Shown piece after piece: positions 56,016 to 64,000 of a stretch of DNA of 64,000 nucleotides. The translations under genes were made by a program, and so were the position numbers. How positions within the stretch are numbered: the stretch's first letter is position 1; each line of letters starts with the position of its first letter. This DNA is from Bacteroidales bacterium UBA1184 (GTDB lineage Bacteria; Bacteroidota; Bacteroidia; Bacteroidales; ML635J-15): NCBI GenBank assembly GCA_002310235.1, contig DBYO01000049.1, positions 31,215-95,214 of the forward strand, read 5' to 3'. The notes below the pieces were generated by a model. The model was given only the letters and a program-made list of their open reading frames with translations, was not told the DNA's origin and did not search any database.

Positions 56016-57761
56016 CTATTTTTCTTTCAGTTTGCTGTGATATTCAGCATCAAGCATATTCTTGAATTGTGACATTGTTCCTTTGGGGATGTATATGTTC
56101 TTTAATTCGTAGCATTGTCTAAAAGCAGAGCTTGAAATTTTTTGAATAGATTTAGGTAAGGTTATTGATTCTAGTCCTGAATCATAAAATGCTAAGTTGT
56201 TTATTTCTGTTACAGAGTTTGGTATTGTGACTTTTTTTAAGTTATAGCATCCCATAAAAACATTATTATTAATTATTTTTAGTGTGTTAGGAAGTGTAAT
56301 GGATTTCATCTTTGTACAATATGCGAAAGCTCCATATTCCATTATTTCCAAAGAATCAGACATAATAATAGATTCTAATTCAAGGAAATTAAAGAATGCA
56401 TTTTCTTCAATTTTTGTTACACTATTAGGTATTTTAACGGTTTTTAGATTGCCAGCATATTGGAAAGCATATCGTCCTATTGTCTTTATACCTTCTGGAA
56501 TAGAATATTCTGTAGCGTAGTTTGGCGGGAAATATGCAAATAAGAGATCGGAATGCACTGGTTCGGAAATGCCAGATTCATAAAATGATTGGGGTCCGAC
56601 CTTTTCTACGGAATTAGGCAGTTCTATATACGATAGCATTTTACATTCGTAGAAAGCCTTGTCTCCGATTTCTATTATTGAGTTTGATAGTGTGGCATAT
56701 CGAAGTTCTTCGCAAGCCATGAATGCGTATGCTGGTACAATTCTAACATTGTCTCCAAAGTTTACCGAAATGAGCGACATACATTGTGCAAATGCAGGAT
56801 AATCCTTGTTTATCGGATTGCAATCGGTAGCGTTGAAATTTACAACTGCCAGTTTTTTGTTTCTTACGAATGCACTGGCTCCAATTTCCTTTACAGATTC
56901 GGGTATTGTTACTAAAGTGAGTTCGCTGTTGTAAAATGCTGAATCTTCGATACTTGTAACAGTGCTTGGAATGTCAATTTTTTGCAGTGGTGTGTTGGCG
57001 AAGGCTGTTCTTCCAATGCTAGTTATTCCATTTGGAATTGTTGAGTTGCAGCAACCTATTATGATTTTATTTTCGGCTTTTAGAACAATAGCATTGCAGT
57101 CGTTTCGGCTGTCATATTTGACATTTCCTTCGGCAACTGTAATGTTTGTGAGTTTGGTGCAGTTGGCAAATGAGGAGGCATAAATATTATTTACAGAGGC
57201 GGGTATTGTGATAGATGACATTTCCTTGCAGGTTCCAAATGCGTATTCAAGTATGGCTTCTGTACCTTCATTGATTTTGTATTCTGCAGTGTTTGCCGGG
57301 TAATACACAAGGTTTTTGCCTGAGTATATAGGTTTTGCAATTGCTGTGCCTGCAAATGCGTTTTCTCCGCAATGTTCTATTGTTCCGCTTAATTTTATCG
57401 ACTTCAATGCTGAACAGTTCTTGAATGCTTCTGCTTTTATTGTTTTTACTGTCTGTGGTATTGTGACAGATGTCAATGAGCTGATGTTTGAAAATGCGCC
57501 TTTGTTGATTGTCGTTACTGCATAGACGGTATCCTTATAGAGTACGGTAGCTGGGATTTCGATTTTTTTTACATTTTCGGTATCTCCCTTTATGCCGTTG
57601 AGTATTACTGTATATGGACTTTTTTTCGAAGTTATTGTATATTTTAAGTATTGTCCGGTTTTGCATTTCATTGAGAAATTTGGGTCATTGGGCTTGTGTA
57701 CCTGTGCTATTGACATTGTGTACAGAGTCATAAATGCGAGTAATATTGCTATTCTTTTCAT
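56016..57761 (-). CDS. BspA-type leucine-rich-repeat surface protein
   Basis: Re-anchored to ATG 57761 (MKRIAILLAFMTLYTMSIAQ). It contains many units of about 23 aa of the form IP.SV..I...AF..C..L..I. Confidence 0.8.
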   Translation of the reverse strand: MKRIAILLAFMTLYTMSIAQVHKPNDPNFSMKCKTGQYLKYTITSKKSPYTVILNGIKGDTENVKKIEIPATVLYKDTVYAVTTINKGAFSNISSLTSVTIPQTVKTIKAEAFKNCSALKSIKLSGTIEHCGENAFAGTAIAKPIYSGKNLVYYPANTAEYKINEGTEAILEYAFGTCKEMSSITIPASVNNIYASSFANCTKLTNITVAEGNVKYDSRNDCNAIVLKAENKIIIGCCNSTIPNGITSIGRTAFANTPLQKIDIPSTVTSIEDSAFYNSELTLVTIPESVKEIGASAFVRNKKLAVVNFNATDCNPINKDYPAFAQCMSLISVNFGDNVRIVPAYAFMACEELRYATLSNSIIEIGDKAFYECKMLSYIELPNSVEKVGPQSFYESGISEPVHSDLLFAYFPPNYATEYSIPEGIKTIGRYAFQYAGNLKTVKIPNSVTKIEENAFFNFLELESIIMSDSLEIMEYGAFAYCTKMKSITLPNTLKIINNNVFMGCYNLKKVTIPNSVTEINNLAFYDSGLESITLPKSIQKISSSAFRQCYELKNIYIPKGTMSQFKNMLDAEYHSKLKEK

Positions 57762-57802
57762 AATTTTATGAATTTTATAGTGCAAAGTTAATTTTATTTT
57801 TG

Positions 57803-58402
57803 TTATTCGAATAAGGATAATTGAGAATCTGTCAGTTTGTATGACATTCGGTGGTATTTTGTCGGACCATATTTTTCAATAGCAGTGCGATGTGCTTTTG
57901 TCGGGTATCCTTTATTTTGTTCCCAGTGGTATTCTGGAAATTCTTTGGCTATTTTGTACATGAATTCGTCCCTATATGTTTTTGCTAGAATCGAAGCTGC
58001 TGCTATTGACATGTAGGTGGCATCGCCTTTTACAATGCATTTGTGTGGAATTTTTTTGTATGGAATGAATTTGTTGCCGTCTATTAGCAATAGTTCGGGA
58101 ATTATTTTTAGACCGGAAACAGCCTTGTGCATTGATAATATTGATGCTTTAAGAATATTTATGCTGTCGATTTCATTGTTGTCCATTGAGGCGACGCAAA
58201 ACGAGATGGCGTCGCGTTCTATTTCAAGCCTTAGTTCGTCTCGTTTTTTCTCTGTAAGTTGCTTCGAGTCGTTGAGTTTCTCGTTTTTGTAGTCGGGGGG
58301 GAGTATGACCGCTGCGGCATAAACAGGACCAGCAAGGCATCCTCGGCCAGCTTCGTCGCAGCCGGCTTCAATTGTATTTTCTTTGAAATATTGTTTCAGC
58401 AT
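57803..58402 (-). CDS. rnhB: Ribonuclease HII
   Basis: Re-anchored to ATG 58402 (MLKQYF). It has the active-site block GCDEAGRGCLAGPV, and DSK and SIAAASILAK. Confidence 0.9.
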   Translation of the reverse strand: MLKQYFKENTIEAGCDEAGRGCLAGPVYAAAVILPPDYKNEKLNDSKQLTEKKRDELRLEIERDAISFCVASMDNNEIDSINILKASILSMHKAVSGLKIIPELLLIDGNKFIPYKKIPHKCIVKGDATYMSIAAASILAKTYRDEFMYKIAKEFPEYHWEQNKGYPTKAHRTAIEKYGPTKYHRMSYKLTDSQLSLFE

Positions 58403-58410
58403 GCTATAGA

Positions 58411-59535
58411 TTATTTTATGGCGGTTTCGATGCATTTCCAAAGTTGATCTGCTGTATGTTGCCACGAGAATTTTGTTCTTTGTTCTTTAGCTTTGTTTAT
58501 AATGGATTTTCGTAATTCTTTGTTCGAGCATATGCTATACATCTTTTCTGCCACGTCAAAATTGTTGGAACCGTCACATATAAGTGCTGCATCACCTACG
58601 ACTTCAGGAAGCGAACTGGTATTGCTGCATATTATCGCAGTTTCGGCATACATGGCTTCAAGTAATGGAATGCCAAAGCCCTCAAAATGGGGTATGTATG
58701 TGAGACATTCTGAGGCAGCGACAAGTTTGCTAAGTTCGGCAGTTTCTAATCTTCCTGTAAATATTACACTGTCCTTATGTGTCATTTCGTTATAAACCTT
58801 TTCTATTTCTTCGGTCTTGTGTAGCGAACCTCCAACAATAATCAACTTCATGTCGCTGTCGTACTTGTCCTTGAATATTTCAAATGCTCGCATAAGCCCG
58901 TCAACATTCTTGCGTGGGCTGAGAGCTCCTACAAATATGAAATATCGTTTTCCATTGCTGTAATGTTTGCGAACGACTTCCTTTTCCGTTTCGCTAATGG
59001 GCTTGTAGCAGCTATTAGCGCCGTTGTAGCACACTGTTACCTTTTCTTCTGAAATGCCGTATGTATTGCATATGTCCTTTTTCGAAAATTCCGAAACCGT
59101 TCCTAAATGATGCGCTTTGTGGGCAAATTTGACGAAATATTTGTTGTAGTACCAGCTTGTGAGCCAAGGAAGTTGTTTGGGGTTATGTACGAAATTTATA
59201 TCGTGGATTACGTCAATTTGAGGAATGTCGGTTCTAAGAGATATGTATCCATCGGTTGACAGGAAAATGTCTGCACCTATCTTTTTTAGAAGTCTAGGTA
59301 TTTTGTATTCAAACCAGTATATCCACAGAAAAGGGTGACGGGTGGGAGGGTTTAGTACTATTGGGGTAATGTTTTCTGCAAATACGAATTCGTTGTCGTA
59401 CTGTCTGTCAAAAATGAAAAAGAACTTATGTTCGGGGTGCTGTATAACAATGCGCTTGAGAGTTTCGTATGTAAACCATCCGATACCTTCGAGTTTGCCT
59501 TTCAGTAGAAGTCGTGTGTTTACAGCAATTTTCAT
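58411..59535 (-). CDS. Glycosyltransferase, GT4 family (Glycos_transf_1 fold)
   Basis: Re-anchored to ATG 59535 (MKIAVNTR). The EX7E region is EGFGIPLLEAMYAETAIICSNTSSLPEVVGDAA. Confidence 0.85.
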   Translation of the reverse strand: MKIAVNTRLLLKGKLEGIGWFTYETLKRIVIQHPEHKFFFIFDRQYDNEFVFAENITPIVLNPPTRHPFLWIYWFEYKIPRLLKKIGADIFLSTDGYISLRTDIPQIDVIHDINFVHNPKQLPWLTSWYYNKYFVKFAHKAHHLGTVSEFSKKDICNTYGISEEKVTVCYNGANSCYKPISETEKEVVRKHYSNGKRYFIFVGALSPRKNVDGLMRAFEIFKDKYDSDMKLIIVGGSLHKTEEIEKVYNEMTHKDSVIFTGRLETAELSKLVAASECLTYIPHFEGFGIPLLEAMYAETAIICSNTSSLPEVVGDAALICDGSNNFDVAEKMYSICSNKELRKSIINKAKEQRTKFSWQHTADQLWKCIETAIK

Positions 59536-59536
59536 T

Positions 59537-60286
59537 TTATAGTAGTCCAATTTCCTTTATTTTCTCCAGATCTTTTGGAGTGTCGATACTTATGGTTTCG
59601 TGTTCGGTGAAAGCAACCTTTATTTTGTATCCGTTTTCAATCCATCTTAGCTGTTCCAGACTTTCCGCTAGTTCGAGAGGAGTCTGGTTGAGTTTTGTGA
59701 GTTCAAGGAGTATGTCCTTGCGGTAGCCGTATAGACCTATATGTTTGTAATACAAGTGCTTGGTAATCCATGTGGATTCTTTGTGTCCGCGCAGATACGG
59801 TATTGGAGAACGACTGAAATATATTGCTTCATTGTCTGTAGAAATCACTACCTTGGGTTTGTTTGGATTGAAAATGTCGTCCTTGTTGTTTATTGGTTTA
59901 ACCAAAGTTGCAATTTGTGTGCGCTTTTTGTTGAAGCATTTCTTTATTTCTGTCAGTTGTTCTGTTTTTATGAAAGGTTCGTCACCTTGAATGTTTATTA
60001 CAACGTCAAATTCTTTGCCTTCGGCTTCTTCTACTTTTAAGATGGCTTCGGCGCAGCGGTCGGTTCCGCTTTTGTGTTTCTTGGATGTCATTACGTATTT
60101 GCCGTTGAAACTTTCTATTTCCTTTGCAATACGATTGTCATCTGTGGCGACATATACACAATCGAAAACTTTCGATGCTTGTATATATACGTTGTGTATC
60201 ATTGATTTGCCATTAATGTTAACCAATGGCTTTCCCGGAAACCTTGTTGAGGCGTATCTTGCTGGGATTATAGCTGCAATATTCAT
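59537..60286 (-). CDS. kdsB: 3-deoxy-manno-octulosonate cytidylyltransferase (CMP-KDO synthetase)
   Basis: Has IIPARYASTRFPGKPL, NIQGDEP and the C-terminal IDTPKDLE. Confidence 0.93.
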   Translation of the reverse strand: MNIAAIIPARYASTRFPGKPLVNINGKSMIHNVYIQASKVFDCVYVATDDNRIAKEIESFNGKYVMTSKKHKSGTDRCAEAILKVEEAEGKEFDVVINIQGDEPFIKTEQLTEIKKCFNKKRTQIATLVKPINNKDDIFNPNKPKVVISTDNEAIYFSRSPIPYLRGHKESTWITKHLYYKHIGLYGYRKDILLELTKLNQTPLELAESLEQLRWIENGYKIKVAFTEHETISIDTPKDLEKIKEIGLL

Positions 60287-60313
60287 TTATTTGTAATGTA
60301 ATTGTTTTGTTTG

Positions 60314-60321
60314 CAAATTTA
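60314..60321 (-). promoter_or_regulatory. Candidate -7 promoter box (TAAATTTG) for kdsB
   Basis: TAnnTTTG match on the minus strand 28 nt upstream of ATG 60286. Confidence 0.4.
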
Positions 60322-60386
60322 ATTTATATGTTGTAATGCTGTCAACATTTTTTGCTGACTTACCAATAATTAGTTGTGCATAAGTC

Positions 60387-60421
60387 AAAAAAAAACGGCT
60401 TCATTTCGAAGCCGTTTTTTT
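60387..60421 (-). terminator. Intrinsic terminator after the C10 peptidase gene (A/T tracts on both sides)
   Basis: AAAAAAAACGGCTTC-ATTTC-GAAGCCGTTTTTTT. Confidence 0.85.
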
Positions 60422-60435
60422 GATTGCCTTTAAAA

Positions 60436-62469
60436 TTATTCAATTATGATTTTTTGAGTAGCAACTTTATCGTCAGCAATAACTCTCAAGAAGTATGTTC
60501 CAGCAGAAAGATTGATGTCGAAATCATGATAGTTGCTATTGATTGTGTTTTCTTCTATGATGCGTCCGCTCATATCGAAAATCTGGTATGACTGAACATT
60601 CAGTTCTCCAAAGTTAACTGAGAATTTTCCGCTGTTTGGGTTGGGGAAAATTTCGATGTTAGACAAGGTTTCGTCGTTAACTGAAGCTGGGCCAAATTTT
60701 ACTTCGATAGTGTGGTTTTCTTTGATGTTTGTGAATGTGTAGGTTACTGTTTCGCCTGCAGCTGTATTCTTTACGATAACGCTTTCGTCAACGACAAATT
60801 CAGTAACTTTCTGTCCATCGTTTGGAGTCATCTTGATGGTAAGGTTAGAATCTTTCATTACGCGAGTTGGACCTTCTGGTGTTATTGTACCACCCGAACC
60901 GCTAATCGAAGATGTGACAGTAAATGGGTATCTCAATGCTTCGTAGTGCATTTCCCAACCTCTTGCATGATTTTCACCATCGGAAGTGAAATGTAAGTAT
61001 AGAGGTGTTCCGAGATGCCAAATTGTGTCAACAGGTTCGTTGCCCTCGTAGAATGTATAAAGCAATGTTCCAGAAGCATCTTCTCCAGCATAAATTTTCA
61101 GTTCGTCGCCAGATTCGAGTTCGAAGTAGTTGAAGTAGCATATGACAGTATCAGTTGCATAGTTTCTGACCTTGATGAGCCAGTCGCAATCGGTGTTATT
61201 ATTGTATAGGTGAGCGTAGCTACCATCGTTAATTGTCCAATATTCTTCTTCATATACGTTTGTTTCCTGCATGCAGAACGGTGCAGATGGAACTGCTAGA
61301 TTGAAAACAGCACCCTGGTCGTAAATGAAATTATAGCTACCGTCATCACCTGGACCTGAATGTGTGTTAAGGTTGTCGATAGTGAAAAAGCCGTTTCCGC
61401 TACCGCCCCATCCCCAGTTCATGGAGAAGGTTCTAGCACCTTGACTGTCAACTCTGTAGCCATCGCATACCCATGCGTGACCTGCACCTGATGATGGACG
61501 TCCGCTATATATAAGTGGTCTATGCATGTCAAGGTCTTCCATCAGCATTCTTGTCCAAATAGTATCGTTGTCATAGTAGTGCTCGAATTGTTCTTCGTCT
61601 GGATTTCCGTTGTCTCTAGTCTTGTAGTTTACACCGTTTCTATAGCCGAAGTTATATCTTAAAGCATCTACAGTGTATTCGGTCTGAGTTCCCGAACCAT
61701 CCCATCCGTAATCCATGTTGATTGAAACACCGCAGTGAAGCATAAGAGTAGCAACAGCATTCTTCTGTTCGTCTGTCCAGTTGAAGTACTGGTTTGGCAT
61801 GTTGTCCCAGTCGTAGTTTACTTCGGCAAGGTTGATGGTATCCCATTGTCCCCAGAAGTAAGATATTTTTCCTGTACCGTGCTCTGGATAATTCCAATAT
61901 TTCATAACCTGAGCCATTGCAGTGGCAACACATCCTGTATATGTGTGACCGTGGTTGCCTTGGGAATGTTCTGGGCATAGCATATTGTACGGATAGCCCT
62001 GATCCCATTTGGTTGTTAGCAATGGACCTACGCTTCTTGTACGAGAGCGGGTAACTGATGGATTCCATGCTTCAATGTTTTCATTGGACACTTCAATATT
62101 CTTAGCCTCGATAATGTCGAGTTGCTGCATGTATTGTTTAACCCATTCTTGAGTGGCTGGAGCAACTTCGTCGAAAATGAAGCTGTTTTCATCTGAGAAA
62201 CCAAGAATTGGAGTTCCTCTTCTGTCGGCGCATACTATAACAAAACCACCATTTTCAAAGTTGAAAACATGGTAGCAGTCTTTGCCTGTTTCCGATTTTA
62301 GTAATTCGTATGAATTGACCTGAATATTTGCTCTTGTCGGATATTGGGCCTTTACGTAATTCAATCCGTAGGACAAAGCTTCCCTGTTTGATACCGATTT
62401 GGAAGCTTCCTGCGCAAATGAGAAATGTGCAGCTAACAATATGGCTATCACTAAACTAAATCTTTTCAT
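60436..62469 (-). CDS. C10-family cysteine peptidase (streptopain/SpeB-like) with an N-terminal Spi-type prodomain, CUB domain, InlB-B-like Ig domain and T9SS type-A C-terminal domain
   Basis: The catalytic Cys block is TGCVATAMAQVMKYW and the His block is GHAWVCDGY. The CUB-like block is CDWLIKV...GDELKIYAG. The tail IEIFPNPNSGKFSVNF...GTYFLRVIADDKVATQKIIIE is of the Por_Secre_tail (TIGR04183) type. Confidence 0.85.
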   Translation of the reverse strand: MKRFSLVIAILLAAHFSFAQEASKSVSNREALSYGLNYVKAQYPTRANIQVNSYELLKSETGKDCYHVFNFENGGFVIVCADRRGTPILGFSDENSFIFDEVAPATQEWVKQYMQQLDIIEAKNIEVSNENIEAWNPSVTRSRTRSVGPLLTTKWDQGYPYNMLCPEHSQGNHGHTYTGCVATAMAQVMKYWNYPEHGTGKISYFWGQWDTINLAEVNYDWDNMPNQYFNWTDEQKNAVATLMLHCGVSINMDYGWDGSGTQTEYTVDALRYNFGYRNGVNYKTRDNGNPDEEQFEHYYDNDTIWTRMLMEDLDMHRPLIYSGRPSSGAGHAWVCDGYRVDSQGARTFSMNWGWGGSGNGFFTIDNLNTHSGPGDDGSYNFIYDQGAVFNLAVPSAPFCMQETNVYEEEYWTINDGSYAHLYNNNTDCDWLIKVRNYATDTVICYFNYFELESGDELKIYAGEDASGTLLYTFYEGNEPVDTIWHLGTPLYLHFTSDGENHARGWEMHYEALRYPFTVTSSISGSGGTITPEGPTRVMKDSNLTIKMTPNDGQKVTEFVVDESVIVKNTAAGETVTYTFTNIKENHTIEVKFGPASVNDETLSNIEIFPNPNSGKFSVNFGELNVQSYQIFDMSGRIIEENTINSNYHDFDINLSAGTYFLRVIADDKVATQKIIIE

Positions 62470-62501
62470 AAAGAAACAATTTGTGTTTTAAATAATTTAT
62501 G

Positions 62502-62509
62502 CAAAATTA
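62502..62509 (-). promoter_or_regulatory. Candidate -7 promoter box (TAATTTTG) for the C10 peptidase gene
   Basis: TAnnTTTG match on the minus strand 33 nt upstream of ATG 62469. Confidence 0.4.
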
Positions 62510-62629
62510 TTACTTTTTTTTAACCTGCAATTTTTGACATCAATTTTTTTGCATTTTTTTTGCCAATTTTATTAACAATCATGGTTTGGGTAGGTTTACA
62601 TCGTGCGTAATGCTTTGAAAAACATTAAT

Positions 62630-64000
62630 CTATCTGTTCGATTTGCGTCTTCTTTCCATTTCGTTTTTATAGCTGTACATTTCGTCTCTGAACCTTGCTG
62701 CCTCAAGAAAATCTAGCCTTGCCGATGCAGCTTCCATCTGTCGTTCGGCGTTTCTTATTGCTTTGAGAAGAGCGTTGTCGTCCATGTACATTACTACAGG
62801 GTCGGCGGCTATTGGCGTGCTGTATTCGTCGGGTATTTCGTAATTGGTGCTTGTAGCTGACAGCGCGTTTGTGTTGTTCGATTTTATTATCTGTTTGGGG
62901 GTAATGTTGTGTTCGGCGTTGTATTTCAACTGCTTTTCGCGGCGGTAGTTAGTCTGGTCTATTGTCCGCTGCATCGAACCTGTGATTTTGTCGGCGTACA
63001 TTATCACCTTGCCGTTGATGTTACGGGCGGCGCGGCCTGCCGTCTGTGTGAGTGAGCGTTCCGAACGCAGGAAGCCTTCCTTGTCAGCATCGATTATAGC
63101 TACTAGTGATACTTCGGGAAGGTCAAGACCTTCGCGGAGTAGATTTACGCCAATAAGCACGTCGAACAACCCGTTGCGTAAATCCGAAAGTATTCTGACT
63201 CGTTCCAATGTTTCAACATCCGAGTGTATGTATTCGCAACGTATGCCGTACTTGTGGAAATATTTTGTCAGTTCTTCGGCCATGCGCTTTGTAAGTGTAG
63301 TCACTAGAATTCTTTCGTCGCGTTCGGCTCTTACTCTTATTTCCTCCATCAGGTCGTCAATCTGGTTTTCTGTAGGTCTGATTTCGATGACGGGGTCGAG
63401 AAGTCCTGTCGGACGAATAATCTGTTCTACAATTATGCCGTCGCTTTTGTTTAATTCGTAGTCTGCCGGAGTTGCGCTTACATATATAACTCTGTCAACC
63501 ATGGACTCGAATTCGGGCAAGGTGAGCGGCCTGTTGTCCATTGCTGCGGGAAGTCTGAAACCGTAGTTGACTAAGTTTTCCTTGCGCGACCTGTCTCCGC
63601 CAATCATAGCACCAATCTGCGGTATAGTGACGTGGCTTTCGTCTATGACTGTAATGAAGTCTTTTGGAAAATAGTCGATAAGGCAGAATGGCCTTCCTCC
63701 AGGTTTTCTTCCGTCAAAATATCGCGAGTAGTTTTCTATACCGCTACAGTAACCTAGTTCCTTTATCATTTCAATGTCGTAGGTTACTCTTTCTTCCAGT
63801 CTTTTAGCTTCTAAATTTTTGCCTTCTTTGCGGAAGTATTCGGTTTGGATGACAAGATCATCCTGTATTTGCTTTATTGCAGATATTGTTTTCTCCTTAG
63901 TTGTAACGAAAATGTTAGCAGGATATATTGATGCTGTTTCCAGTTCCTCTATTTTGTCTCCCGAATATGGTTCAAATGAGTATATGTCTTCTACTTCGTC
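62630..64000 (-). CDS. uvrB: Excinuclease ABC subunit B, C-terminal about 456 aa (5' end beyond the right edge)
   Basis: Has ELGYCSGIENYSRYF, helicase motifs (VSATP, LVTTLTKRMAE, QTAGRAARN) and the C-terminal UVR domain (LEAARFRDE). The frame stays open upstream of the track's internal Met out to position 64000. Confidence 0.95.
   Translation of the reverse strand, partial: DEVEDIYSFEPYSGDKIEELETASIYPANIFVTTKEKTISAIKQIQDDLVIQTEYFRKEGKNLEAKRLEERVTYDIEMIKELGYCSGIENYSRYFDGRKPGGRPFCLIDYFPKDFITVIDESHVTIPQIGAMIGGDRSRKENLVNYGFRLPAAMDNRPLTLPEFESMVDRVIYVSATPADYELNKSDGIIVEQIIRPTGLLDPVIEIRPTENQIDDLMEEIRVRAERDERILVTTLTKRMAEELTKYFHKYGIRCEYIHSDVETLERVRILSDLRNGLFDVLIGVNLLREGLDLPEVSLVAIIDADKEGFLRSERSLTQTAGRAARNINGKVIMYADKITGSMQRTIDQTNYRREKQLKYNAEHNITPKQIIKSNNTNALSATSTNYEIPDEYSTPIAADPVVMYMDDNALLKAIRNAERQMEAASARLDFLEAARFRDEMYSYKNEMERRRKSNR

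Overview
This window looks like an ordinary chromosomal segment of a Bacteroidota genome, probably Bacteroidales. Three things support that: TAnnTTTG -7 promoter boxes in front of many genes, T9SS C-terminal sorting domains, and the dapB-lepB-lepB'-wbqC arrangement. About 45 genes are tightly packed and mostly housekeeping: ffh, tRNA-Thr, dapB, lepB, pepP-like, ispG, dapF, dcp, ribF, lptF/G, ribBA, tmk, tpiA, prmA, rlmB, purH, panB, rluA-family, ABC-F, rnhB, kdsB and uvrB. Between them sit cell-surface or secreted cargo genes. These include two paralogous giant adhesin-like proteins with SprB repeats, PKD domains and a T9SS type-B C-terminal domain, each preceded by a small secreted protein. 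The others are a Listeria/Bacteroides-repeat lipoprotein, a BspA-type LRR protein and a C10 (streptopain-like) protease with a T9SS type-A tail. I found no integrase, transposase, CRISPR array, rRNA or recognisable defence, toxin or phage module, so I cannot point to a clear-cut new system. The best leads are: (1) a well-supported cobalamin riboswitch heading an unusual operon of acyl-CoA transferase, a 3-TM PQ-loop-like protein and a MarC-like protein; (2) the two small-protein/type-B adhesin pairs, which lack an adjacent PorP/SprF partner; (3) a translationally coupled 1545-aa secreted protein and GWxTD lipoprotein pair of unknown function; (4) a divergent PGK-family kinase lacking a conserved substrate-binding Arg; (5) an S26 signal-peptidase paralog lacking the catalytic Lys; (6) a 16-bp tandem repeat array in a divergent promoter region. 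All functional calls come from motif recognition by eye, and no database search was run.
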